From Chthoniobacter flavus (GTDB taxonomy: Bacteria > Verrucomicrobiota > Verrucomicrobiia > Chthoniobacterales > CAKUMP01), in NCBI GenBank assembly GCA_020718605.1, contig DYRR01000003.1:1-36636 (forward strand): a DNA stretch of 36,636 bases. The letters run 5' to 3'. A program made the position numbers and the translations under genes. Position 1 is the stretch's first letter. Every line of letters starts with the position of its first letter. The notes beneath the pieces were generated by a model. That model worked only from the letters and a program-made list of their open reading frames with translations. It searched no databases and had not been told where the DNA came from. Shown here one piece after another: positions 1-7,710 of this stretch.

Positions 1-1
1 C

Positions 2-709
2 CGTCGCGATAAATTTGGAATGATACCAGTCGGCACTCTCGGCGACATCGGTCTGCTCACCCCAGATTTCCGGGGACGCCGGAGGAAGGTCGCAATACCA
101 GTCGTAGAAGGAGAGTGAGAGGCCACCCATCAACTGGCAGAACCTCGCCCCCGCCGCGTAGCTGAGCATTGACATCGCGGGGATCGGTGAAAAACCGGCG
201 ATGCGATCCGGGCCGTAGCGGCGAATCGTATGCAGGTTCGCGGCGGCCATGATCTCGTTGACCTCGGCCCATGCGGCCCGGCGGAACCCGCCTTTCCCCC
301 GCGCTTGCTGATAGCTTTTTCTGGACTCCGGATCGTTCATGATCGAGGCCCACGCCGCGACCGGGTCGTCCGGATTTTTCTTTTTCGCCTTGCGCCAGAG
401 ATCAAGTAGAACCCCGCGCACGTAGGGAAATTTGACGCGGATCGGGCTGTAGATATACCAGGAATACGAGATCCCGCGCTGACATCCGCGCGGTTCATAG
501 GGAGGAATTTCCTTGTCAATGATCGGGTAGTCGAGTGCTTGAAGTTCCCAGACGACTACGCCGTTCTTTACGTAAATCTCCCAACTGCATGAGCCGGTGC
601 AGTTGACTCCGTGCGTGCTCCGCACTTTTTTGTCGTAGCTCCAGCGGGAACGGTAGAACCCCTCCCATGTGCGGTCTTCGGGGGCGAAAATATCCTGGAT
701 CCAGCTCAT
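2..709 (-). CDS. narG: Respiratory nitrate reductase alpha subunit, N-terminal part (runs off the window start)
   Basis: Not in the ORF track; translated manually from ATG at 709: [50 protein letters not shown]...[15 protein letters not shown]...[16 protein letters not shown]...[23 protein letters not shown]. This contains the NarG HxxxCxxxC...C FS0 motif and has no Tat leader. Confidence 0.95.
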   Translation of the reverse strand, partial: MSWIQDIFAPEDRTWEGFYRSRWSYDKKVRSTHGVNCTGSCSWEIYVKNGVVVWELQALDYPIIDKEIPPYEPRGCQRGISYSWYIYSPIRVKFPYVRGVLLDLWRKAKKKNPDDPVAAWASIMNDPESRKSYQQARGKGGFRRAAWAEVNEIMAAANLHTIRRYGPDRIAGFSPIPAMSMLSYAAGARFCQLMGGLSLSFYDWYCDLPPASPEIWGEQTDVAESADWYHSKFIAT

Positions 710-710
710 A

Positions 711-1625
711 TTATTTCCTTCGGCGTTGGAGCCGTTTGTCCCGTCCGCGGGTTTTCCGTTGAATGTGAAGAAGGCCGAACATGCAGGCCAAGATCACGAT
801 GCCCACTCCTGCACCCGTCGTCGCGAAAAGCGGCGTCCCGTCCGCAGAAGGCCCGGCTTTCAGCGTTGCAAAATATTTTGCGAGGTGCATCGCCTCCTGC
901 TTCGTCACCGGATGCCGTGCATAGTGTGGCTCCATAATCTTGAATTTCGCCTGCTCGATCGCGGAGACCAGGGGAAGTTCGCCGCCGGTTTTCTCGAAAA
1001 TTCCGTTGAGTGGGAGCCCAAGATTTCCGCCAACCTGCTCCGCCTCATGGCAGGAGGCGCACGAAAGTCCGCCGTTCCTGAAGGGTTGCGCACCCCGGAA
1101 CAGATCCTTCCCGACCGCCGCATCGCCCGGGTCCATCTTCGACGCAAACTGAGCGGCCATCCGGATCTCTTCCGCTTTGAGTCGCACTTGTGAATCGGGT
1201 GATTTCAAAAAATCCATCAGTCCGGTCACGACATCATCCGACAAGGGCCCCGTCTTGGGTTCCATCTTCTTGATCGCTGTCGCCAGTTGCGATTCCGGCC
1301 ATCCCGACGCGATGTTTAATGCGGGGCCGGTGCGCTGGGTGCCATCCAAACTGTGACATCCGACGCAGGATGTCATGAATTTTGCCGCTGCTACGTCGCG
1401 CTTTTCCGTCCCGTTCATGGCGACTGCGGGCGTGGCTTCGGTGCGCTCGATAGCGCGATTTTCATGCACTGTCTCCTGACTCCAGCCAGAGGAGACCATC
1501 CGCGTTGCAATAACCAGAAATGCGATCGATCGTATTACGATGCGAGGTGAAGATGCGGAAGGTAACAATTTGGAATCGCACATTCCAGAATGTATTTTCC
1601 TGTGGCTGGCGAACATTGCCTTCAT
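711..1625 (-). CDS. Membrane-anchored dihaem c-type cytochrome (NarC-like); start may be 1583 or later
   Basis: Two CxxCH motifs (CVGCH, CASCH), a hydrophobic N-terminal segment, and a C-terminal TM helix with a basic tail. The stop is 1 bp upstream of the narG ATG. Confidence 0.8.
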   Translation of the reverse strand: MKAMFASHRKIHSGMCDSKLLPSASSPRIVIRSIAFLVIATRMVSSGWSQETVHENRAIERTEATPAVAMNGTEKRDVAAAKFMTSCVGCHSLDGTQRTGPALNIASGWPESQLATAIKKMEPKTGPLSDDVVTGLMDFLKSPDSQVRLKAEEIRMAAQFASKMDPGDAAVGKDLFRGAQPFRNGGLSCASCHEAEQVGGNLGLPLNGIFEKTGGELPLVSAIEQAKFKIMEPHYARHPVTKQEAMHLAKYFATLKAGPSADGTPLFATTGAGVGIVILACMFGLLHIQRKTRGRDKRLQRRRK

Positions 1626-1649
1626 CGTGCGCGGTGAGATTTTTCCAGT

Positions 1650-2381
1650 CTAGCCAGCCATGGCGGTTAGTTTTTTGGCTGCGGGAAACAGCACGCTATT
1701 TTCGAGGTGGATGTGCCGGTGCAAATCCTCTTCCAGATCCGCAAGACCCGCGAACAGTGCCCGGTAGGTATTGCAGGCATCGGCGGGCGGTTGGTATCCG
1801 TTTGTCAGATCATGAAGGCGCACCAGTGCCTGGCCTGCGTCATCGTGTTCGTGGATCATGCAGGCAATCGGGCCGTCAAGTAACACCGGTTCGGTTTCTC
1901 CCCGGCTCATGGTCGAGACCGCAGGAAAGAGAATTTGTTCCTCTTTCATCATGTGACTGTTCAACTCCGCTTCCAGCCCGCAATAGACTTGGAAAACATC
2001 CACAAGGGATGGCGTATGACCTCCGTGAACATGGGCAACGCGCTCGGACATCGCGCGAAGTCGGGGAAGCTCGCGACGCAAAAATGCGTGGTGCGTCGCC
2101 ACGATATAGTCGGTTAGTTCATGAGGAGGAAGCGTCGCCGGATTCGCGGCTCCAGTGGATTTTTCCAGAACCTCCGCCTCAAGCATCCCGATCACCTCAT
2201 CGAGCGCGAGTCCTTTGCGTTCACACGCCTCACGCAACGTGCGCCCGCCTTGACAGCAAAAATCAAGTTGAACCGATTGAAATATCCGGGAGCGGCTGGG
2301 GCGTTCCGCGACGAGTTCTCCGACCGTGCGATCCGAAAGGGCAGTGCCCTCCGGCGAATGTGAGACAGAATGGTGTGACAT
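1650..2381 (-). CDS. ric: Iron-sulfur cluster repair di-iron protein (Ric/YtfE/ScdA)
   Basis: N-terminal DFCCQG motif; hemerythrin-like motifs THHAFLR, HMMKEEQILFP, EHDDAG and HIHLENSVLFP. Confidence 0.93.
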   Translation of the reverse strand: MSHHSVSHSPEGTALSDRTVGELVAERPSRSRIFQSVQLDFCCQGGRTLREACERKGLALDEVIGMLEAEVLEKSTGAANPATLPPHELTDYIVATHHAFLRRELPRLRAMSERVAHVHGGHTPSLVDVFQVYCGLEAELNSHMMKEEQILFPAVSTMSRGETEPVLLDGPIACMIHEHDDAGQALVRLHDLTNGYQPPADACNTYRALFAGLADLEEDLHRHIHLENSVLFPAAKKLTAMAG

Positions 2382-2412
2382 CGCGGACAACCTGACAGTA
2401 CGTTTTGCCCAT

Positions 2413-2434
2413 ATCAAGATAAAAGTATCTTGAT
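2413..2434. promoter_or_regulatory. Perfect 9-4-9 palindrome, candidate repressor operator (possibly Rrf2/NsrR-type) upstream of ric
   Basis: ATCAAGATA-aaag-TATCTTGAT, about 30 bp upstream of the ric ATG. The regulator identity is inferred from ric being NO-regulated in other bacteria. Confidence 0.55.
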
Positions 2435-2443
2435 TTACATAAA
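2430..2443. promoter_or_regulatory. FNR/CRP-family (FNR/DNR-like) box
   Basis: TTGAT-ttac-ATAAA, a 9/10 match to TTGAT-N4-ATCAA, upstream of the ric-cytochrome c-narG unit. Confidence 0.6.
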
Positions 2444-2567
2444 TAAAGTCGCCACCTTCATGTGGTATGGAAAAACCTGTTGTAGCACCGGACTTTTCCG
2501 AGTGTCCAATGATTGTAATTTGGGAAATGACTCGGGCTTGTGCCTTGGCGTGTCGGCATTGCCGGGC

Positions 2568-2783
2568 GGGTTTCTGCCCTTCAGCGCGGGCAATGTGAGG
2601 GATGGCGAATTGCTGGATTTTTACCGGGCCTCGCCGGTTTTCAAAGCTCTATGCGACGAGGATGGTTTTGCAGGAAAGTGTGGCTACTGTGAATATCGGA
2701 GACTGTGCGGTGGCTCGCGGGCGCGGGCCTACGCGATGACCGGCGATTACCTCGCCTCCGAACCTCTTTGCGAATATCAACCT
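2568..2783 (+). pseudogene. C-terminal SPASM fragment of a NirJ/AhbCD-like radical SAM protein
   Basis: GFLPFSAGNVR...GKCGYCEYRRLCGGSRARAYAMTGDYLASEPLCEYQP is the characteristic C-terminus of this family. There is no upstream CxxxCxxC domain and no room for one. Confidence 0.75.
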
Positions 2784-2840
2784 GTGCGGCAGAGTCATTC
2801 CGTCCAGCAATTCCTCCGATTTTTGGCAACAAAGATTACG

Positions 2841-3701
2841 CTATTTCTCGGGCGGCAGGCCGGGCAGTGTCTCCAGTTGTTCCCCACGCATGACCTGCGC
2901 CCAGGCACTGCAAAAACAGGCCCCCACGATAATGATGACCCCGCATAAATAGATCCACAACAAGAGCACGATGAGAACGCCGACCGCTCCGTAGAGGACG
3001 TTCACCTTCCAGATGTTGTAGGCGTAAAATATGAGCAGTTGCTGGAGTATTTTCAGGCATGCTGTGACCAGCAACGACGCCAGCCACACCTCGCGGAAGG
3101 TGGTTTTCCGCCGGGGCGACACGCTGTAGAGCATGGAAAGCCCGTAAAAAAGGATCAGGAACGGCAGCGAATACCGGGCGGCCTGGAAGACGAAAGGCAT
3201 GAAGTGAAGTTCCCAACTCATGGCCCGTTCCACAGTGGACACCACGACGGGAACCACAATCCCCAACAACAACGCGCTGGCCAGAATGCCGAGCATGGCG
3301 AGATTTTTCAGCGGAATCTTCCACCAATCCAGTTCCGTGGTGTGCCAGGCCCGGTTCACCCCCCGCACCAGCGCATGAAAAAAATGCGACGAACTCCAGA
3401 TGAGCCCGATCACCGCGATGATCCCAAGCTTTCGGCGGGCATCCACCACCCCCTGCAGGATCGCAAATACCCCGGTGCAGTCATCGCTCTCGAGCGGGAT
3501 GTAGGATTTGAGCGTGCCGATCACCACCGAAGTCACCGTGGCCGGGTCCAAAAAAATCGCTCCCATCGACACAATAAGCAGCAGCAGGGGAAACAGGGAA
3601 AAGAAAGCGTAGAACGCAAAGGCCGCCGCCCGCTGCTCTCCATCGATCTCGAAGAAACCCCACACGGTGCGCCTGATGAGATTCCATATCCGGAGAAACA
3701 T
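2841..3701 (-). CDS. YihY/virulence factor BrkB family inner-membrane protein (alternative start 3728)
   Basis: AAAFAFYAFFSLFPLLL and LYGAVGVLIVLLLWIYL motifs; multiple TM segments. Confidence 0.88.
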   Translation of the reverse strand: MFLRIWNLIRRTVWGFFEIDGEQRAAAFAFYAFFSLFPLLLLIVSMGAIFLDPATVTSVVIGTLKSYIPLESDDCTGVFAILQGVVDARRKLGIIAVIGLIWSSSHFFHALVRGVNRAWHTTELDWWKIPLKNLAMLGILASALLLGIVVPVVVSTVERAMSWELHFMPFVFQAARYSLPFLILFYGLSMLYSVSPRRKTTFREVWLASLLVTACLKILQQLLIFYAYNIWKVNVLYGAVGVLIVLLLWIYLCGVIIIVGACFCSAWAQVMRGEQLETLPGLPPEK

Positions 3702-3765
3702 TGCAGGGGAGTCTGAACTGCGGCGCACCCTCCTTCAAGCAGAGTTTCGCCCTCCCTCCCGGAGT

Positions 3766-4158
3766 TTACTGGGAACAAATACGGTGGATCTCCGCCGCAA
3801 ACTGGTCCATCCGGAACGGCTTCGTGAGGGCGCCGACAAATCCGAATTTCGAAAAATCGTCCATCTCGTCACAGTGTGTGCTGCCGCTGGCCGCGATGGC
3901 GCGCACCCCGGGATCAATCGCCTTGAGTTCCGGCAGCACCTCGACTCCGCCGCGTCCGTCGGGCAGGTTCAGGTCCAGCAACACCGCCCGGAACGGACGC
4001 CCTTCGGCCCGCGCCGCGCAGAACTCCGCAAGCATCGACTCGGCATCCTCGCACCCGACCACCTCAAATCCATCGCGTTCCAGAATAATCTTGCTCACGG
4101 TGAGGATCGACGCTTCGTCGTCCATTACCAGAATTCGATATGATGCTTGGTTGGTCAT
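3766..4158 (-). CDS. Stand-alone response-regulator receiver protein
   Basis: ILVMDDE acidic pocket, LLDLNLP phospho-Asp, ASGS and KPF motifs. Confidence 0.85.
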   Translation of the reverse strand: MTNQASYRILVMDDEASILTVSKIILERDGFEVVGCEDAESMLAEFCAARAEGRPFRAVLLDLNLPDGRGGVEVLPELKAIDPGVRAIAASGSTHCDEMDDFSKFGFVGALTKPFRMDQFAAEIHRICSQ

Positions 4159-4201
4159 GGCAGTAATTCGGTGAATGATTAACACCCCACAAGTCCCGCT
4201 T

Positions 4202-4226
4202 AAAGAGAAAACGGCGGAGACCGCCG
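4202..4226 (-). terminator. Probable intrinsic terminator after hslO
   Basis: Minus strand CGGCGG-TCT-CCGCCG followed by TTTTCTCTTT. Confidence 0.55.
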
Positions 4227-4257
4227 GGCCATGGATCGGACGTCGCCCTCCTCCATG

Positions 4258-5058
4258 TCACTCTCGTGTGGCGTCGAGGCGCGCCTCGACCGATTCCCGC
4301 GTGACGGCATGCCGCGCACCGCACCGGGGACAATGCAGGCGCAACACTTCCTCTCCCTCGAAAAGGTCATCGGGCGACCGGCGCATGTGGGGAAGGAGCA
4401 TGGTGAGAATGCGGTCCTGATTGCAACCACACTCGAAACGATACCGGCGCTGTTCAAGCAGACTGAGTTCGGTCTCACAGTCAAGCCGGCGCACTACATC
4501 CTCGTCCACAGATTCCAGCCATGCGAGATCGCAATCGGGCTGAGCGCTCACCAGCACCAGATCTTCCTCACCATACCGAAACAGCCTGCCCGGGCGCTGC
4601 TCGCTCCTTGCGTAAAACACCTCCGCCGCACGTAAAAAATCATCCCCGGAAAACTCAGCCACACTGCGCCGGAAGGGTTGATCCGGGGCGGCCGTGTCGG
4701 AAAAAAACACTCCGTGCGGGGCTTCGCGCACATCCTCCGTGAAAGCAGTCCCCACGACCGTTCCGAGCCGGTTGTCCCCCGCAACGAATAGATTGACCAG
4801 GGGTGTCTGGAAATTCACGGTCCATGCAATGGATTCCTGCCGGGGACGGGACGCGCAATGCAGCGTGAGGCAGGCCAGCGCATCCCGCAGCAACAGATCG
4901 TACACGGGATCGAGGCGAACTCCGATATCCATTTGGTGAAGGTAAAGCCCCGCATACAAATCGGAAAATTCGGCCCGCGCGACCAGGGCATTGCGCCCGC
5001 GCACGAAATATGTGCGCACTTCAATACCGGGATCCGCTGGGACTGTTTGTTCAGACAT
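4258..5058 (-). CDS. hslO: Hsp33-family redox-regulated chaperone
   Basis: C-terminal CGC...CPRC zinc/redox switch; YARSEQRP motif; about 266 aa. Confidence 0.75.
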   Translation of the reverse strand: MSEQTVPADPGIEVRTYFVRGRNALVARAEFSDLYAGLYLHQMDIGVRLDPVYDLLLRDALACLTLHCASRPRQESIAWTVNFQTPLVNLFVAGDNRLGTVVGTAFTEDVREAPHGVFFSDTAAPDQPFRRSVAEFSGDDFLRAAEVFYARSEQRPGRLFRYGEEDLVLVSAQPDCDLAWLESVDEDVVRRLDCETELSLLEQRRYRFECGCNQDRILTMLLPHMRRSPDDLFEGEEVLRLHCPRCGARHAVTRESVEARLDATRE

Positions 5059-5153
5059 GCAAAGCCCGCAGAATCGAGGTTGCCATGCCTTTGATAAAGA
5101 AAAAATCGCGCAATGCCACAGGCGCCCGGGGTGACTCATTGATAATGGTTCTG

Positions 5154-5207
5154 GCTTTCCTGGCCCGGCACGGGAGCGTCGGGACCTGCCAATGCGAATA
5201 GTCGGCG
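5154..5207 (+). repeat. Decayed right half of the REP-containing TIR element
   Basis: CCCGGCAC-GGGA-GCGTCGGG-ACCTGCC mirrors CCCTGCGC-GGGA-GCGCAGGG-AYCTGCC. The next 17 bp match the right end of the 15154 element at 12/17. Confidence 0.5.
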
Positions 5208-5269
5208 CCGGAACGCCATTATTTTCCTTCTCCGGGCGCCCCTGCGGGGGTTAAGAATGCCCGACACGC

Positions 5270-6235
5270 ATGACCAAATTCATTGAACACTTGAAGGTGC
5301 TCCGCATCGACCACTGGTTGAAGAATATTTTTATTCTGTTCGGACAGGGCGTCGCGCTGGTGCTTGTGGCCGGACTCCGCCCCGAATGGGGGGACTGGCC
5401 CGCCATCCGGCACACGGCCGCCCTTGCCGCATTTTCGCTGGTGCCGGCCTGTCTGGTGGCTTCCGCAAATTACATTCTCAACGAAATCCTGGACGCCCCG
5501 TTTGACCGCCTCCATCCGACGAAGTGTTTCCGCCCGGTCCCTGCGGGCACGGTGAGCGTGCCCGCCCTTTATGTCACGATGGCCGCCCTGGCGATCGTGG
5601 CATTCGCCCTGTCGCTGTGGTTTTTCAACCACGGCTACACCATCGCGCTCGCGCTGCTTCTGGCTAGCGGACTTGTTTACAACATCCCGCCGGTCCGTCT
5701 GAAGGACCGTCCGTATCTCGACGTGATATCCGAGTCGTTCAACAATCCGATCCGCCTCTGGCTGGGCTGGTATGCGCTGGCACCGGTGAGCACATTCCCC
5801 CCGCTCTCGATCGTGATGGCGTGGTGGTTCTTCGGCGCCCTGCTCATGGCGGGAAAACGCTATGCGGAATTCCGCTTCATAGGTGACGCGAAAACCAGCG
5901 GGGACTACCGCAAATCGTTCCAGGTGTACACGGAGCGTTCCCTGGTGATTTCCATGATCACCTACGCCAACTTTTTCTGTTTCTGCATGGGGATCGGCAT
6001 CGCGGTGTACCGGCCGAACCTGATCTTTGTCTTTCCCGTCGCGGTGCTGGCGATCATTGTCTATTTCCAGCATGCCATGTCCACCGAAGGCGCGAAGCTG
6101 GAGCCCGAACAGCTCATGCGCAATCCGCTCCTTATTCTCTGCACGATCGTGACGGCCTCCGCCTCACTGGTGCTGGCGTTCTGGCCGTCGGATCTCACGA
6201 AAATCTTCCGGTTTCTGGAGCCCATCGGATTCTAG
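5270..6235 (+). CDS. UbiA-family prenyltransferase, polyprenyl-phosphate phosphoribosyltransferase-like subgroup
   Basis: LRIDHWLKN, YILNEILDAPFDRLHPTKCFRPVPAG, RLKDRPYLDV and GKRYAE motifs; multi-TM. Confidence 0.85.
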   Translation: MTKFIEHLKVLRIDHWLKNIFILFGQGVALVLVAGLRPEWGDWPAIRHTAALAAFSLVPACLVASANYILNEILDAPFDRLHPTKCFRPVPAGTVSVPALYVTMAALAIVAFALSLWFFNHGYTIALALLLASGLVYNIPPVRLKDRPYLDVISESFNNPIRLWLGWYALAPVSTFPPLSIVMAWWFFGALLMAGKRYAEFRFIGDAKTSGDYRKSFQVYTERSLVISMITYANFFCFCMGIGIAVYRPNLIFVFPVAVLAIIVYFQHAMSTEGAKLEPEQLMRNPLLILCTIVTASASLVLAFWPSDLTKIFRFLEPIGF

Positions 6236-6237
6236 CG

Positions 6238-7188
6238 ATGGACGAGGGAACCCTCATGGGACTGCGGGGAACCCTCGCCCGGCTCCGGCACATGCGCCCG
6301 GAGTCCGGCCTTGCATTGTGCGGGCTGGAGATTCCCGGCGAAGTGCTCGCGGCGGCGGGGTGGCCCCCACATGCCGTTGCCCCGGATGCAACCGGCACGG
6401 TGCTCTGTCTCGGAACCGCCGGGCCGCCCAATGACGCGGTGCTTCTTTGTGCCTTGGGAGAGGCCCGGACGGTTCCGGCGGGGTACCACGAAGTGCTGCG
6501 CCGCACTTTTTATCATTACCGCCCGCTCAACGACTGGCTCGCCACCCGCACCGGCTGGCTGCCCGCCACCCTCGCGCATCCGGCGCGGGTTCTCTGGAAA
6601 AAATCCGGGGCTCGGGAGGTGGTGGGCGCACGCATGTGCAGGCTCAGGCATCCGCTCTGGGTGGAGCAATATTTTCTCAAGGACGGCGAATCCCTTCCGT
6701 CGGCAGTCCGCGAGACCCGGGCGGACCGGATGCGGGACCTGGGCATGACGGTGCTCGGGATCGGTCACACCCCGCTTTTTGCCGCCAACACCGCCTCGCT
6801 GGCCACGACATTGCTTCTCGCCCTTGTGTGGCTGGGCATGGGACCGGGCGCGGGAGTGGGTTTGGCGGTCGGCCTCCTTGTCGCCGCCACGGCGGGCTGT
6901 GTGGCTTTCGAGCCCTGGGCGACCCGCCGCTATCTCACCGAAGACGCCCGCGAAGTCGTGCTGGATGAAGTCGCGGGCATGGCGCTCACGCTGCTGTTTC
7001 TTCCATCGGCCCCGGTGTGGTGGATGTTCGCCGTCGGCTTCTGCGCGTTCCGGGTGTTCGATATTTTCAAACCCGCCATCCACTGGGTGGAAAACACGGG
7101 CTGGCGCGGCACGATCGTGTGGGACGATCTCCTGGCCGGACTCTACGCGGGCGGCGCCACATGGATTTTCCTGCAACTCATGAGGTGA
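6238..7188 (+). CDS. PgpA-family phosphatase with an N-terminal extension of about 165 aa
   Basis: The C-terminal half has DAREVVLDEVAG, FRVFDIFKP and IVWDDLLAG. The N-terminal half is unrecognised. Confidence 0.75.
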   Translation: MDEGTLMGLRGTLARLRHMRPESGLALCGLEIPGEVLAAAGWPPHAVAPDATGTVLCLGTAGPPNDAVLLCALGEARTVPAGYHEVLRRTFYHYRPLNDWLATRTGWLPATLAHPARVLWKKSGAREVVGARMCRLRHPLWVEQYFLKDGESLPSAVRETRADRMRDLGMTVLGIGHTPLFAANTASLATTLLLALVWLGMGPGAGVGLAVGLLVAATAGCVAFEPWATRRYLTEDAREVVLDEVAGMALTLLFLPSAPVWWMFAVGFCAFRVFDIFKPAIHWVENTGWRGTIVWDDLLAGLYAGGATWIFLQLMR

Positions 7189-7215
7189 GTTCGCACCCGC
7201 CACCAGCGGAGGGAG

Positions 7216-7245
7216 GGGCGGCGCAATCCAATGCGTCGTCCCTAC
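7216..7245 (-). repeat. Single GTAG-type REP-like hairpin
   Basis: Minus strand GTAG-GGACGACGCA-ttggat-TGCGCCGCCC, between the convergent pgpA-like and yhbY genes. Confidence 0.45.
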
Positions 7246-7422
7246 CCCTATATTTTTCTGCGGCCAAAGTGCCAACTCAAGCGGCACGCCCCGCCGAAAT
7301 CAAAAAACGCATCCAGCGAAGCGTTGAGATTATGGCAGGCATACCGCCAATAGGCATTTGAATTGTCAAATTTGGAATCATATCGCCAGCGGCGAAATAT
7401 TGGGGATCGATGCGAAAGAATG

Positions 7423-7710
7423 CTACCCGCCGTCCGCCGTCCGTGGCGTCCGGTAATACACGGCGGTGTGCCCCACCTGCTGGATGAGGCGGCTGCCGGT
7501 CTCTTCCGACAGGCGCCGGGACAGAGATTTGCGCTCGTCCTTGAAAGACTCAAACCGCACCTTCACCAGTCCCGCATGGTCCAGAGCCTCCCCCAGGGCG
7601 GCGAGGAATCCCGGGGACACTCCGTCCCTGCCCAACCGCACGACGGGGTCGAGCAACTGGGCGCGTTGTTTCAATTCTTTCAGGGTGGGAGGTGTGGCGG
7701 GGCGATTCAT
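7423..7710 (-). CDS. yhbY: YhbY/CRM-domain RNA-binding protein
   Basis: LKQRAQLLDPVVRLGRDG...LVKVRF...QQVGHTAVYYR; ATGA overlap with the cysS stop. Confidence 0.85.
   Translation of the reverse strand: MNRPATPPTLKELKQRAQLLDPVVRLGRDGVSPGFLAALGEALDHAGLVKVRFESFKDERKSLSRRLSEETGSRLIQQVGHTAVYYRTPRTADGG

Noticed and set aside
2430-2948. 172-aa ORF as an intact gene
   Set aside because: It starts inside the FNR-like box, only its middle resembles a protein family, and its end overlaps the yihY-like gene.
7277-7357. 26-aa minus-strand mini-ORF (MPIGGMPAIISTLRW...)
   Set aside because: No RBS or recognisable motif; it cannot be distinguished from chance.
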